Below the pieces are notes generated by a model. That model worked only from the letters and a program-made list of their open reading frames with translations, was not told where the DNA came from and ran no database searches. Positions 29,172 through 38,012 of a stretch of 64,000 nucleotides of DNA are shown piece by piece. The stretch comes from Alphaproteobacteria bacterium. GTDB lineage: Bacteria; Pseudomonadota; Alphaproteobacteria; Micavibrionales; Micavibrionaceae. Positions within the stretch are counted from its first letter, which is position 1. Each line of letters starts with the position of its first letter. The stretch covers positions 3,742-67,741 of the forward strand of contig JAWSVM010000002.1 in NCBI GenBank assembly GCA_033851915.1, given 5' to 3'. The translations under genes were made by a program, and so were the position numbers.

Positions 29172-29233
29172 AAGCACCAGAAGCGCAGAAAACTGTTATT
29201 TGTAGGCCATTTATCAAACTGTAACATCATTTT

Positions 29234-30871
29234 TTACCCGTAGGCCTCTTCCATGGCGTCCATAACCATATCCGCAACGCCGTATTGACGAGCGTTATCA
29301 AAGAATTTTGGACGTAAGCCGGATGATTTTTGTTTGGTAACCAATTTACCATTTTCATCTTCACCCAAAATATCAAGCGTAAAGAGATCTTGCATTGTCA
29401 CAACCTCACCCTCCATACCTGTAATTTCTGTTACATGCGTTGTCTTACGCGAACCATCGCGCAAACGCTGCACCTGAATAATAACCTGCACCGCGCCTGC
29501 AATCTGTTCGCGCACCGCAATCGTTGGAAGGTTCAAGCCCCCCATCGCAATCATATTTTCCATACGTGAAATCGCCTCACGCGGATTATTCGCATGGACT
29601 GTTCCCATAGAGCCATCATGGCCGGTATTCATTGCTTGCAGCAAATCGAACGCTTCGGGTCCACGCACCTCACCAACAATGATACGTTCAGGGCGCATAC
29701 GCAGACAGTTTTTAACCAAATCCCGCATGGTGATTTCACCAACCCCTTCCAAATTAGGGGGACGCGTTTCAAGACGCACCACGTGCGGTTGTTGTAATTG
29801 TAATTCACACGCATCTTCACAGGTTACAACGCGCTCACCGGGTTCAATGTAACGGGTTAGACAATTCAACATCGTGGTTTTACCAGACCCCGTACCACCG
29901 GAAACCAGCACATTCACACGACAACGCCCAATCGCCATAATCAACTTCGCACAACTCGGCGACATTGATCCCCACTCCATCAGCGTTTCAAGCGTTAGAC
30001 TATCCTTCTTAAATTTACGAATAGTCATACATGCACCATCCACAGCCAAGGGCGGAATGATAACATTCACACGCGAACCATCGGCAAGACGCGCATCACA
30101 AATCGGGGAGGCTTCATCAACGCGGCGACCAATCGCACCCACAATACGTTGACAAATTGTTGTTAAATGCTGGTTATCACGGAAATGAACATGCGTACGC
30201 TCAATCTTCCCATTAACCTCGATATAGGTAACATCAGGGCCGTTAATCATAATATCGGAAATATCATCGCGCTCTAACAACTCTTCCAACGGGCCGAAGC
30301 CAAGCATATCATTCGCACACTCTTTACCGATATTCTCTAATTCAACAGGTGTTAAATCCAGATTACGGAAACGTGATATCTCTTCCACAGCCGAGAAAAT
30401 TTCTTCACGCGCCGCTGCGCCGTCCATACGTGCAAGAGCTTTCAAATCAATACCATCACGTAAATCCAGCCAAATACGTTTTTGACATCTCTGCAATCTA
30501 AGATCAGAAACCGTATCACCCGCAGTCTGAATAACCTCGTCTTCGCCATCAGGATCATCAAACAACATATCTTCATCCATGTTCTTCAGCGGCTTTTTAT
30601 CATCATCGTCCCCACTCTTTTTGGACGGCGCAGATACAGGCGCGGGGGCAGGGTCAGGTGAAGATGCCAACGCATCATCCAAACCGTCCAACATACCTGC
30701 CATATCGTCTTGAGATTTTTTATCAACAGCCTTTGTATCCGTTGAAACTGAGTTAGGTTTAACAGCTTCATCCACAGACTTATCCGCACTCTTTTCTTTT
30801 GAAGGAGCGGGTGCCGACGACACCTTCGGTGGTGTCTTTGGTGTTGTACCTGAGTGTTTTTTACCAAACAT
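29234..30871 (-). CDS. cpaF: CpaF/TadA secretion ATPase with a roughly 110-aa low-complexity N-terminal extension
   Basis: Walker A VSGGTGSGKTT, the Asp box, Walker B and His box (GHDGSMGTVHAN). Confidence 0.95.
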   Translation of the reverse strand: MFGKKHSGTTPKTPPKVSSAPAPSKEKSADKSVDEAVKPNSVSTDTKAVDKKSQDDMAGMLDGLDDALASSPDPAPAPVSAPSKKSGDDDDKKPLKNMDEDMLFDDPDGEDEVIQTAGDTVSDLRLQRCQKRIWLDLRDGIDLKALARMDGAAAREEIFSAVEEISRFRNLDLTPVELENIGKECANDMLGFGPLEELLERDDISDIMINGPDVTYIEVNGKIERTHVHFRDNQHLTTICQRIVGAIGRRVDEASPICDARLADGSRVNVIIPPLAVDGACMTIRKFKKDSLTLETLMEWGSMSPSCAKLIMAIGRCRVNVLVSGGTGSGKTTMLNCLTRYIEPGERVVTCEDACELQLQQPHVVRLETRPPNLEGVGEITMRDLVKNCLRMRPERIIVGEVRGPEAFDLLQAMNTGHDGSMGTVHANNPREAISRMENMIAMGGLNLPTIAVREQIAGAVQVIIQVQRLRDGSRKTTHVTEITGMEGEVVTMQDLFTLDILGEDENGKLVTKQKSSGLRPKFFDNARQYGVADMVMDAMEEAYG

Positions 30872-30918
30872 AATATAACCTTGTTAAAACCCTGTGCGCG
30901 GAAACGCACAAGTTCCCT

Positions 30919-32160
30919 TTACTTTGACTTTTTCCTGTTGAATAAACCATCAAGGAAGCTGGAAGACTCCTCAGGCTGATCTTTTGTGACATTATTAGAG
31001 ACAGATTTTTGCAACATAGCTTCCAAACTCTCAATAAACGTCACACTCTCTTTATCCGCAATCATCCCCTTTATATCGCTCTCATAGTTAAGAAATACAG
31101 CAGGCAAATACGGTATTGATACAGACGGTGCAAATTCTAAGGCTTCACCTATGTCCGAGGACGAAACTTCATGTGATTTGGCCAATCCTACCTGATTAAC
31201 AACCAAAGAAATGCCTCCAGATTCGCCGCCGCGAATATCAGATATTTCTTTCAATAAACTTCGACAAAACCGCAGAGATGTAACTGTTGGCGTGGCAACC
31301 ATCACAATCTCGTGCGCCCGCGATAACACCGCTTTTTTGACAGTAGAGTCAGCGCCCGACAAATCAACGAGCACTACAGGTGATTTTACCATCAAATTGT
31401 CTAAAATAGCCTCATATTGAGCCGCAGAAACGGACGGATCAAGCATCGCATCCGAACCACTAGCCAGAATTGTCAGCTTATCACTCGCCTCAAAAAACAT
31501 ACGCTCTAAGGCATCTTCATTTTGCGCTTCAACCGCGCGTGCAATTTCAGAAAGATTGGCAGATGGATCAAACCCCATACCAACACTTAAAGGCGACCAG
31601 CCCCCTGCCGCATCAATCAATAACGTTTTATTCTCCATATTACCCGAGGCCAGCCACGCGCAAATTTGCGCAATACTGGATACACCCACACCGCCCTTTG
31701 ATCCAACAAAAGCAATCAGGCGGCTGTCAGATACACCAAGGCGTTGAATAAGAGCTTTCGCAATAACGTCTTTTAAAATTTCAGGCTTAAGCGGGCGAAC
31801 CAGATAATCACTCACCCCCATCTCGATAAGTTGGCGATATAAGTAAACATCATTCACGGGGCCAATAACAATGGCAGCCGTTCCCTCATCACAATAATTT
31901 GAAAGCTCACCCAAACGTTCTGTAAAGCTGTCATCAATTTCATCTGTTTGAATAATTATAATTTCAGTCGCACCCTCGGACTCAAATGTGGCGATCGCGT
32001 CTTCAACATCACCTTCTACCGCGTTAACATTCACACGCGCGAAACGCCAGTCATCCAACAACGCCTTAGCGGAGTCTAATGTATCAGAATCTTTTGAAAA
32101 CACTGAGATACTGGCACTAGGCAGTAACGTGTCCGTTGCTTGATTCTCTATCTCGCTCAT
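30919..32160 (-). CDS. cpaE: CpaE/TadZ: receiver-like N-domain plus MinD/ParA-type ATPase
   Basis: Deviant Walker A region GSKGGVGVSS, and position between cpaD and cpaF. Confidence 0.85.
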   Translation of the reverse strand: MSEIENQATDTLLPSASISVFSKDSDTLDSAKALLDDWRFARVNVNAVEGDVEDAIATFESEGATEIIIIQTDEIDDSFTERLGELSNYCDEGTAAIVIGPVNDVYLYRQLIEMGVSDYLVRPLKPEILKDVIAKALIQRLGVSDSRLIAFVGSKGGVGVSSIAQICAWLASGNMENKTLLIDAAGGWSPLSVGMGFDPSANLSEIARAVEAQNEDALERMFFEASDKLTILASGSDAMLDPSVSAAQYEAILDNLMVKSPVVLVDLSGADSTVKKAVLSRAHEIVMVATPTVTSLRFCRSLLKEISDIRGGESGGISLVVNQVGLAKSHEVSSSDIGEALEFAPSVSIPYLPAVFLNYESDIKGMIADKESVTFIESLEAMLQKSVSNNVTKDQPEESSSFLDGLFNRKKSK

Positions 32161-32289
32161 ATGTTTTTACCTGTACTCTGCCTGGTCTAGGCATAGAATT
32201 GCTCTTATTATAAAATACTAATGTTCACACTAGCATCCAGCTCTTAACATTCTCCTAATTTTGCGCCGCAATTTATATTAATTCAGCCC

Positions 32290-32940
32290 CTATTCGTCCG
32301 TAACACTTTCGCCGCCAAGTTCCTTATTTTCTGCGCCTGTGCGGTAAAGTTCAACAATATTTGATGCGCTACGTCCATCCGTAGGTTCACCCGTGGCGCC
32401 ACGTCCTAGCAGATGCTGTGGCTTTGCAATTTGACGCGCGATCAACGTGTCAATCGAACACCCTAATTTATACTCTGCGCCCTTGCCCACAGGTCGTCCA
32501 TTCATCCCCGGCATCATCTCGTCACACCCTTCAGGCGCGTGCGCCGTAAACGCATTATAAGTAATCAATAAACGCGCATCATCGCCTTGCGCCTTAATCG
32601 GCATAATACCGGCATTCACATTCACAACGCCAAGATCACGCAATGAAGATACAATATCTGAAATTCTGTTTGTCGCGACCATGGCCGTATTACGATAAGA
32701 TTTCGGATCATACGTCACAATCAAATCCATCGCACCACCGCCATGCTTTGTGTAATGGCGTGCAAGGCCACCAACAAAGGCATCATCCACATCAGAAAGC
32801 TCAACATCGTGAGTAAGCATTTCCTCTTGAACCTGTATTTGCGTGTCATGCAACGCTGTCGGCTCATACAATTCACGATCACCACAGCCAACCAAGGACA
32901 TAGAAAGGAAAGCCACAGTGGCATTTAAAATAAATTTCAT
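32290..32940 (-). CDS. cpaD: CpaD-family pilus assembly lipoprotein
   Basis: Start at ATG 32940 (MKFILNATVAFLSMSLVGC lipobox). The C-terminal GCS...LIARQIAKPQHLLGRG...YRTG resembles the CpaD family. Confidence 0.78.
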   Translation of the reverse strand: MKFILNATVAFLSMSLVGCGDRELYEPTALHDTQIQVQEEMLTHDVELSDVDDAFVGGLARHYTKHGGGAMDLIVTYDPKSYRNTAMVATNRISDIVSSLRDLGVVNVNAGIMPIKAQGDDARLLITYNAFTAHAPEGCDEMMPGMNGRPVGKGAEYKLGCSIDTLIARQIAKPQHLLGRGATGEPTDGRSASNIVELYRTGAENKELGGESVTDE

Positions 32941-33017
32941 CAGATTATCGCCTTTTGTCTTATTACAAGCAGGTTTTATATTTTTAAGTTTCATGTCGTC
33001 TTCGTCCTATTATGCTT

Positions 33018-34511
33018 TTAGTCAATGATGTAACCGTAATATCCGGCATTCGCGAATACGTCATCATCACCCAGATCAAACATACGTCTGATATTAGCTT
33101 TAAAGATTTTTGATAATTGTGTTTGGTTTTCTTTCGGCACACGCTTCGAATTTTTCTTATCAGCAAACGGCTCAACCAAAGTCGCTGTCACAATAATCAC
33201 CAACTCCGTTTCATTACGCTGGAAACTTTCAGAAGAAATCAATTTACCCAAAATCGGTGTATTTTTAATCCCCGGCAAACCTTTAAACCCTTCAGCTGTC
33301 TGAGATTGCAACAATCCTGCGATCATCAAACTACCGCCACTTGGCATTTCTATCGTCGTATTCGTGCGGCGTATATCAAGCCCCGGAATAGTCAGCCCCG
33401 CCAAAACAACGGCATTACTACTGTCCAGCGATGATACTTCTGTATCAAGTTGTAAATTAATACGGTTACCCGATAGAACAATCGGCTTAAAGTTCAAAGA
33501 AACCCCGAACTCACGAAATTGAACAGTGATGTTACCAAATTGATCACGCCCCGTTGGCACAGGGAATTCCCCGCCTGCAAGGAAACCAGCCTTTTGCCCT
33601 GATACAGCCGTTAAAGTCGGCTCTGCCAAAACACTCAAAAGATTTTGCTCTTCCAACGCTGACAAGAATACCCCGATTTTACCAATACCGTTCAAACCTG
33701 AATCCAGCACAAGTCCCGCCGCACCAATAGCATCTTGTGATAAAGCAAGCCCCGCCGCACCACCAAAATACCCCGCATTTCCATGGTTGGTCAGCGAACT
33801 AACCGGTGTCCGACCAAAAATTGTCGTCACAGACAACTCATTAGGATCATTGGCCACAGTATCAATACCCAACTCTTTCAAGATATTACGTTCAGCTTCA
33901 ATAATTTTCACCTGCAGCATAACCTGCTGTTCACCTTGAACCTCAAGTAAATTCGCAATCAACTCATCCACAGGTGCACCACCACCAAGGTCCTGCAAAT
34001 CACCAACATAGTGACCAACAAGGTTACTGATCTTTGATGCAACATCAGGATTAGAAACACGCCCCGTCAACAAAACCTGATCATGGATAGCACCAACTTT
34101 CACGCTTTCCTCCGGAAACAGGCTGTCCACCAAGCTTTGAATGGCTTGTAAATCATACGATACATGGATATCCAAACGTTTAACCACATTACCGGATGCA
34201 TCCAAAACGATGATATTCGTATCACCAATATTCAGACCCACAATATATAACTTATCGGATTGAACCGCTTGCACATCAACAATGCTCGGATTCGCAACCA
34301 AAACATCGGACACACCAACAGGAAGCGAGACAATATCCGCTTTCCCCAATGTTATAACCAATGGCGGAGCGACCTTCTTGGCTTCCTTAATGGAAATCAA
34401 ATCACCCTTTGACGCATTTGCTTGCTGCACAATGCCGCCAAATGCAACACCGACGGTAACAACAGACGCCAATACCAACGTTCTCGATAGTTTTTTATAT
34501 AAACCTGTCAT
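33018..34511 (-). CDS. cpaC: Tad secretin CpaC/RcpA
   Basis: N-terminal pilus-N domain (LVANPSIVDVQAV...LYIVGLNIGDTNIIV) and C-terminal secretin domain (GGSLMIAGLL...PGIKNTPILGKLISS). Confidence 0.93.
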   Translation of the reverse strand: MTGLYKKLSRTLVLASVVTVGVAFGGIVQQANASKGDLISIKEAKKVAPPLVITLGKADIVSLPVGVSDVLVANPSIVDVQAVQSDKLYIVGLNIGDTNIIVLDASGNVVKRLDIHVSYDLQAIQSLVDSLFPEESVKVGAIHDQVLLTGRVSNPDVASKISNLVGHYVGDLQDLGGGAPVDELIANLLEVQGEQQVMLQVKIIEAERNILKELGIDTVANDPNELSVTTIFGRTPVSSLTNHGNAGYFGGAAGLALSQDAIGAAGLVLDSGLNGIGKIGVFLSALEEQNLLSVLAEPTLTAVSGQKAGFLAGGEFPVPTGRDQFGNITVQFREFGVSLNFKPIVLSGNRINLQLDTEVSSLDSSNAVVLAGLTIPGLDIRRTNTTIEMPSGGSLMIAGLLQSQTAEGFKGLPGIKNTPILGKLISSESFQRNETELVIIVTATLVEPFADKKNSKRVPKENQTQLSKIFKANIRRMFDLGDDDVFANAGYYGYIID

Positions 34512-34585
34512 GGTTCTTTCTTTCACTTTATTTTTAACTACACATAAATTTAATACACAGAGTATGAAGGGGTCGCGCAATATGA

Positions 34586-35470
34586 TTAATGCACGGGGAA
34601 TGTTTGCACTTGCGCGCCGTTATACACCTTCACAGTATTCAGATTAACGCCCGTTTCTTCCTTAAGACGCATAAATTCAGCATGAATTTCATCATCAATT
34701 GTCGTCAGACGCGCATCGGTTAATGTTGGCTCATCTTCATTGACGGCATCATCACCAACACCGCGCATCGCCAGCGTCAACGTCCCCATTTCTGAGGCCA
34801 GAGCCAATGTCTCCGCCGCGCGAATAGGAACTGCAAGTGTCACAGTCTTACCAATTTTTATTTTATCATCCTTCTTTTTCTCTGCCTTTTGGTCAATCGC
34901 CAAGACACGAACATTTTGAAGGATAGTCTCCACCGCCAATTTATCGAGATTCATTTTAACCATATCGCGGATTTGCGGCATTTCATCCTTGCTCACATTC
35001 ACTCTGTGCTTATACGTCAAAATAACATCAACAAAACTGCCCGGTGCAATAAAGCCCGCAACCATATCCTCGGCCGAAACCTTAATTGAAATCGCACGTT
35101 CGCCCTCTTTCAATCTGGCAACAACATAATTCCCTTTAGAGTCTTTCAAGATAGCACGCTTCACAAGTGCCTCTCCTGATCCAAAACTTCTATCCAGACG
35201 ACCTGACAAGGAATCATCAGCATCCTGATCTTCTTCACGAATAATAGCCCCGTTAAACAAGGCTTCTTCATCCCAAGATTTCCAGCGCATATCACCTTCT
35301 TCCAGCTCATGCCCTTTGCGTAAATCCTTCGCCGCGACCAAAATCTCGACTGAATTTGCAGCGACCACTTCCGGCCCCTTTTTTCCACCCAACGTGACCT
35401 GCACAAGAACAGCAACAAGAACTGCTGCTAAAATCGCGCCACCAAGTACAATTAGAATATTCTTATTCAT
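34586..35470 (-). CDS. cpaB: Flp pilus assembly protein CpaB/RcpC
   Basis: N-terminal TM anchor, a SAF-like segment (VLVAAKDLRKGHEL) and an RcpC C-domain. An alternative start lies at 35518. Confidence 0.88.
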   Translation of the reverse strand: MNKNILIVLGGAILAAVLVAVLVQVTLGGKKGPEVVAANSVEILVAAKDLRKGHELEEGDMRWKSWDEEALFNGAIIREEDQDADDSLSGRLDRSFGSGEALVKRAILKDSKGNYVVARLKEGERAISIKVSAEDMVAGFIAPGSFVDVILTYKHRVNVSKDEMPQIRDMVKMNLDKLAVETILQNVRVLAIDQKAEKKKDDKIKIGKTVTLAVPIRAAETLALASEMGTLTLAMRGVGDDAVNEDEPTLTDARLTTIDDEIHAEFMRLKEETGVNLNTVKVYNGAQVQTFPVH

Positions 35471-35624
35471 TTTTTTAAACCCCGTTTCAGGACCTGTAAT
35501 ATTTTGCATGATTAACACTCAGAAGTTAGACTGGCCGAAGCCAAGGAAATAAATAATTGAAACCAAAAGAACCTACAATTAAAGAACTTATATCCTTTAA
35601 TAATATCGGTTGTTTGTTAACAAT

Positions 35625-36194
35625 TCATGAACCTCCCTCAACCACATGTGATGCGACAAATGATCCCAACACATCAGAAGAAAAATAGCCTGCCTGCATA
35701 AAAGCAACAAACATGCCAAAACTAATTGCAACGCCATAAGGCACTTTATCCGCCCCGCCCTGCACCTGCGCAACCCAGCTTCCCTCAACAGGGCTTTCAA
35801 AGGGCTTTTTGCGCTTTATATATAATGCGACAACACCCAAGACACCGCCAAATAACGTCATAAAAAATAAAAAGGTCAGCAATAACTTAACGCTGAACCA
35901 CAGAGCACAAGCCGTCGCAAACTTTGAATCCCCTGCCCCGATCACTCGCATCGCAAATAATCCCAGCGTAACAACAAAGGCCAAAACTGCCGAAATAATA
36001 TGCGACAAGAACGACCCGAACACATCGCTGTGCCCACCAAGATACAACGCACCATACGCAACAAAAAAAGCCGCCATCACATAAAGGCTATAGCTATTCG
36101 GTATGGTCATAGACCGAATATCGGACAGGCCAGCCAGCCCTCCGATCACCAATGTTATGAATACGCATATCAGAAAAATTATAAGTAAGATCAT
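35625..36194 (-). CDS. cpaA: A24-family prepilin peptidase CpaA/TadV
   Basis: Polytopic membrane protein with a GAGDSKF motif, immediately downstream of flp1. Confidence 0.88.
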   Translation of the reverse strand: MILLIIFLICVFITLVIGGLAGLSDIRSMTIPNSYSLYVMAAFFVAYGALYLGGHSDVFGSFLSHIISAVLAFVVTLGLFAMRVIGAGDSKFATACALWFSVKLLLTFLFFMTLFGGVLGVVALYIKRKKPFESPVEGSWVAQVQGGADKVPYGVAISFGMFVAFMQAGYFSSDVLGSFVASHVVEGGS

Positions 36195-36303
36195 GTTAAA
36201 CCCAGAATACAGGAAAACTGTGGAAAAATCGATAGGAAAACTTGACTTAGTTGAACACCGCGATTCGGCAATTATTTCCTACCATACAAAAGGCATAAAG
36301 AAA

Positions 36304-36327
36304 GCCCGCCAGAAATATCGGACGGGC
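36304..36327 (-). terminator. hairpin GCCCGTCC-N9-GGCGGGC followed by a T-rich run, between flp1 and cpaA
   Basis: The minus-strand reading is GCCCGTCCGATATTTCTGGCGGGCTTTCTTTATGCCTTTTG. Confidence 0.6.
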
Positions 36328-36353
36328 ACTCTTTATCTTTAGATCTCTTAATA

Positions 36354-36527
36354 TTAAAGAGCAGCTGAAACTTCACCAAATAGTGTATTCAGATCTGTAC
36401 CAACAGTAGCAACAGCCACCGCGATAGCAACAGCGATACCCGCTGCGATCAATCCATACTCAATAGCTGTCGCGCCATCTTCGTTGTTTACATATGCTGC
36501 TTTCAATGCGATCAATTTAATTAACAT
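36354..36527 (-). CDS. flp: Flp-family type IVb prepilin (57 aa; below the ORF-track cutoff)
   Basis: My own translation is MLIKLIALKAAYVNNEDGATAIEYGLIAAGIAVAIAVAVATVGTDLNTLFGEVSAAL. It has the G/ATAIEYGL processing motif and an AAGGAGA RBS upstream. Confidence 0.9.
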   Translation of the reverse strand: MLIKLIALKAAYVNNEDGATAIEYGLIAAGIAVAIAVAVATVGTDLNTLFGEVSAAL

Positions 36528-36633
36528 GTTTTATCTCCTTCAAAGATTTGTTTTAATGTTGTTCCGGTAAACCCATACTTCAAAATTGCTCCCGAAGTTC
36601 CTTAACCGTTCATCTATAATAACCCTGATTTAC

Positions 36634-36649
36634 TTAAAGAAAACTTAAC
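36634..36649. promoter_or_regulatory. candidate CtrA box TTAA-AGAAAAC-TTAAC, 107-122 nt upstream of the flp1 ATG
   Basis: Exact match to TTAA-N7-TTAAC. The surrounding AT-rich sequence raises the odds of a chance match. Confidence 0.35.
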
Positions 36650-36880
36650 AAAAACAAGTAAATACAGGTTTTTAGGGAAAAGTATTTGACTATTATTTGT
36701 ATAAAATTTTATATAAATATTCTATACATGATAAAGCCAAGTAATAGCAGTGTTTTAGCAAATCAATACTTGAACTCACTCAACAGAAACATCACAATTA
36801 TAACAATGAAATAAAAGCAAAGACCTTAGGCAACACAAGGGAAAGAGCCGATAAACAGGCTTAATACCGTAAAAAACAGG

Positions 36881-37843
36881 TCATTCTGGCTCAATAGCCC
36901 TAAATACAACCCCGCCAGTCTCCCCATCCTTAATTAAAAGAACGATTTTACCGACAAGGTATTTGTCTTGTATATAACCAACCATCGGCATAACACGACT
37001 ATCCAGAGATCTATCCCGATTATCCCCCATAATAAAGTAATGCCCCTGCGGAACCTCAAACAAAACAGTATTATCCAACGGCTCTTCATCAGATTTTTCA
37101 TAGATGCCATGCCTCTTACCCTCGGGCAATGTCTCTATATATTCTTTCACAGTATAAAGCTCACCCTTAGGATCAGGAACCTCAACCTCTCGCACAAATT
37201 CTCTTTCAAGCATTGCCCCATTAATAAACAATCGCCCATTAGTCATCTGGATACGATCCCCCGGCAAACCCACAACCCTCTTTAGATAATCAACACTCGT
37301 ATCCTGCGGTAAAGCAAAGACAATCAAATCACCGCGCTCCGGATCTTTATGAAACCATCTGCTTTTCCATGGACTTATATAAAAAGGGAAAGAATATTGG
37401 CCATAACCATAGGCATACTTACTAGCCAACACAGTATCACCGACATGAATCGTGGGACGCATACTGCCCGCAGGCATGTGCCATGGCTCATACAAAAACG
37501 GCTTAAGCAGAAGTGCCAAAAATAGAAGGACAACAAGACAAGTCATCAATACCGCCACTAACTTGGCATACCAACTTAACGCGTCTTGCTTTAATGTTCT
37601 GGAAAAATACACCGCCTGCAGGGATATCATAAGGGCAACGACAATATCAAAAGCAACAGTCTCCCCTATATACTCAAAATAAAGGAGAGCCATTTGGGCA
37701 CTAAAAAGCACTAAATAAAGTAACGCCCATTTCCAACGGTTCACATACAGCATGCCCAATACAGATCCTGCAAAAAGAGCAACAGGGAAAACAACCCACG
37801 GGGAACGATTTTTAATTAAATTATACAGCCTCATAATAAGCAA
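36881..37843 (-). CDS. lepB: signal peptidase I (S26) with an extended multi-TM N-terminus
   Basis: Catalytic boxes PAGSMRPTI, YLKRVVGLPGD and GDNRDRSLDSR. About 115 hydrophobic residues precede the catalytic Ser. Confidence 0.88.
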   Translation of the reverse strand: MLIMRLYNLIKNRSPWVVFPVALFAGSVLGMLYVNRWKWALLYLVLFSAQMALLYFEYIGETVAFDIVVALMISLQAVYFSRTLKQDALSWYAKLVAVLMTCLVVLLFLALLLKPFLYEPWHMPAGSMRPTIHVGDTVLASKYAYGYGQYSFPFYISPWKSRWFHKDPERGDLIVFALPQDTSVDYLKRVVGLPGDRIQMTNGRLFINGAMLEREFVREVEVPDPKGELYTVKEYIETLPEGKRHGIYEKSDEEPLDNTVLFEVPQGHYFIMGDNRDRSLDSRVMPMVGYIQDKYLVGKIVLLIKDGETGGVVFRAIEPE

Positions 37844-37971
37844 CCTACTCCACCCGCCATAGAAAGGTAAGAAAAAAACCTGCTGACCTCCCCATCACCA
37901 CAAAAAATAAGCGCCCATCTTTTCAGACAGACGCTTACCATTTAGAAGATAAACCCTATTATCCTTTAATC

Positions 37972-38012
37972 TGCAGATTACTCAATTCATAATATGCAGA
38001 TTACTCAATTCA
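37972..38012. repeat. tandem duplication, 23-bp period: TGCAGATTACTCAATTCA at 37972-37989 and again at 37995-38012
   Basis: The 18-bp cores are exact matches. The duplication spans the tadG stop codon (37982-37984). Confidence 0.9.

Noticed and set aside
32180-32194. Hairpin TGCCT-GGTCT-AGGCA in the cpaD-cpaE spacer
   Set aside because: It is only 5 bp with no T-run, so it is too weak to call a feature.
36560-36600. Possible decayed third flp gene (minus-strand reading ...SGAILKYGF... vaguely like GATAIEYGL)
   Set aside because: A stop codon lies immediately upstream in frame. There is no ATG, and the resemblance is only about 5 residues.
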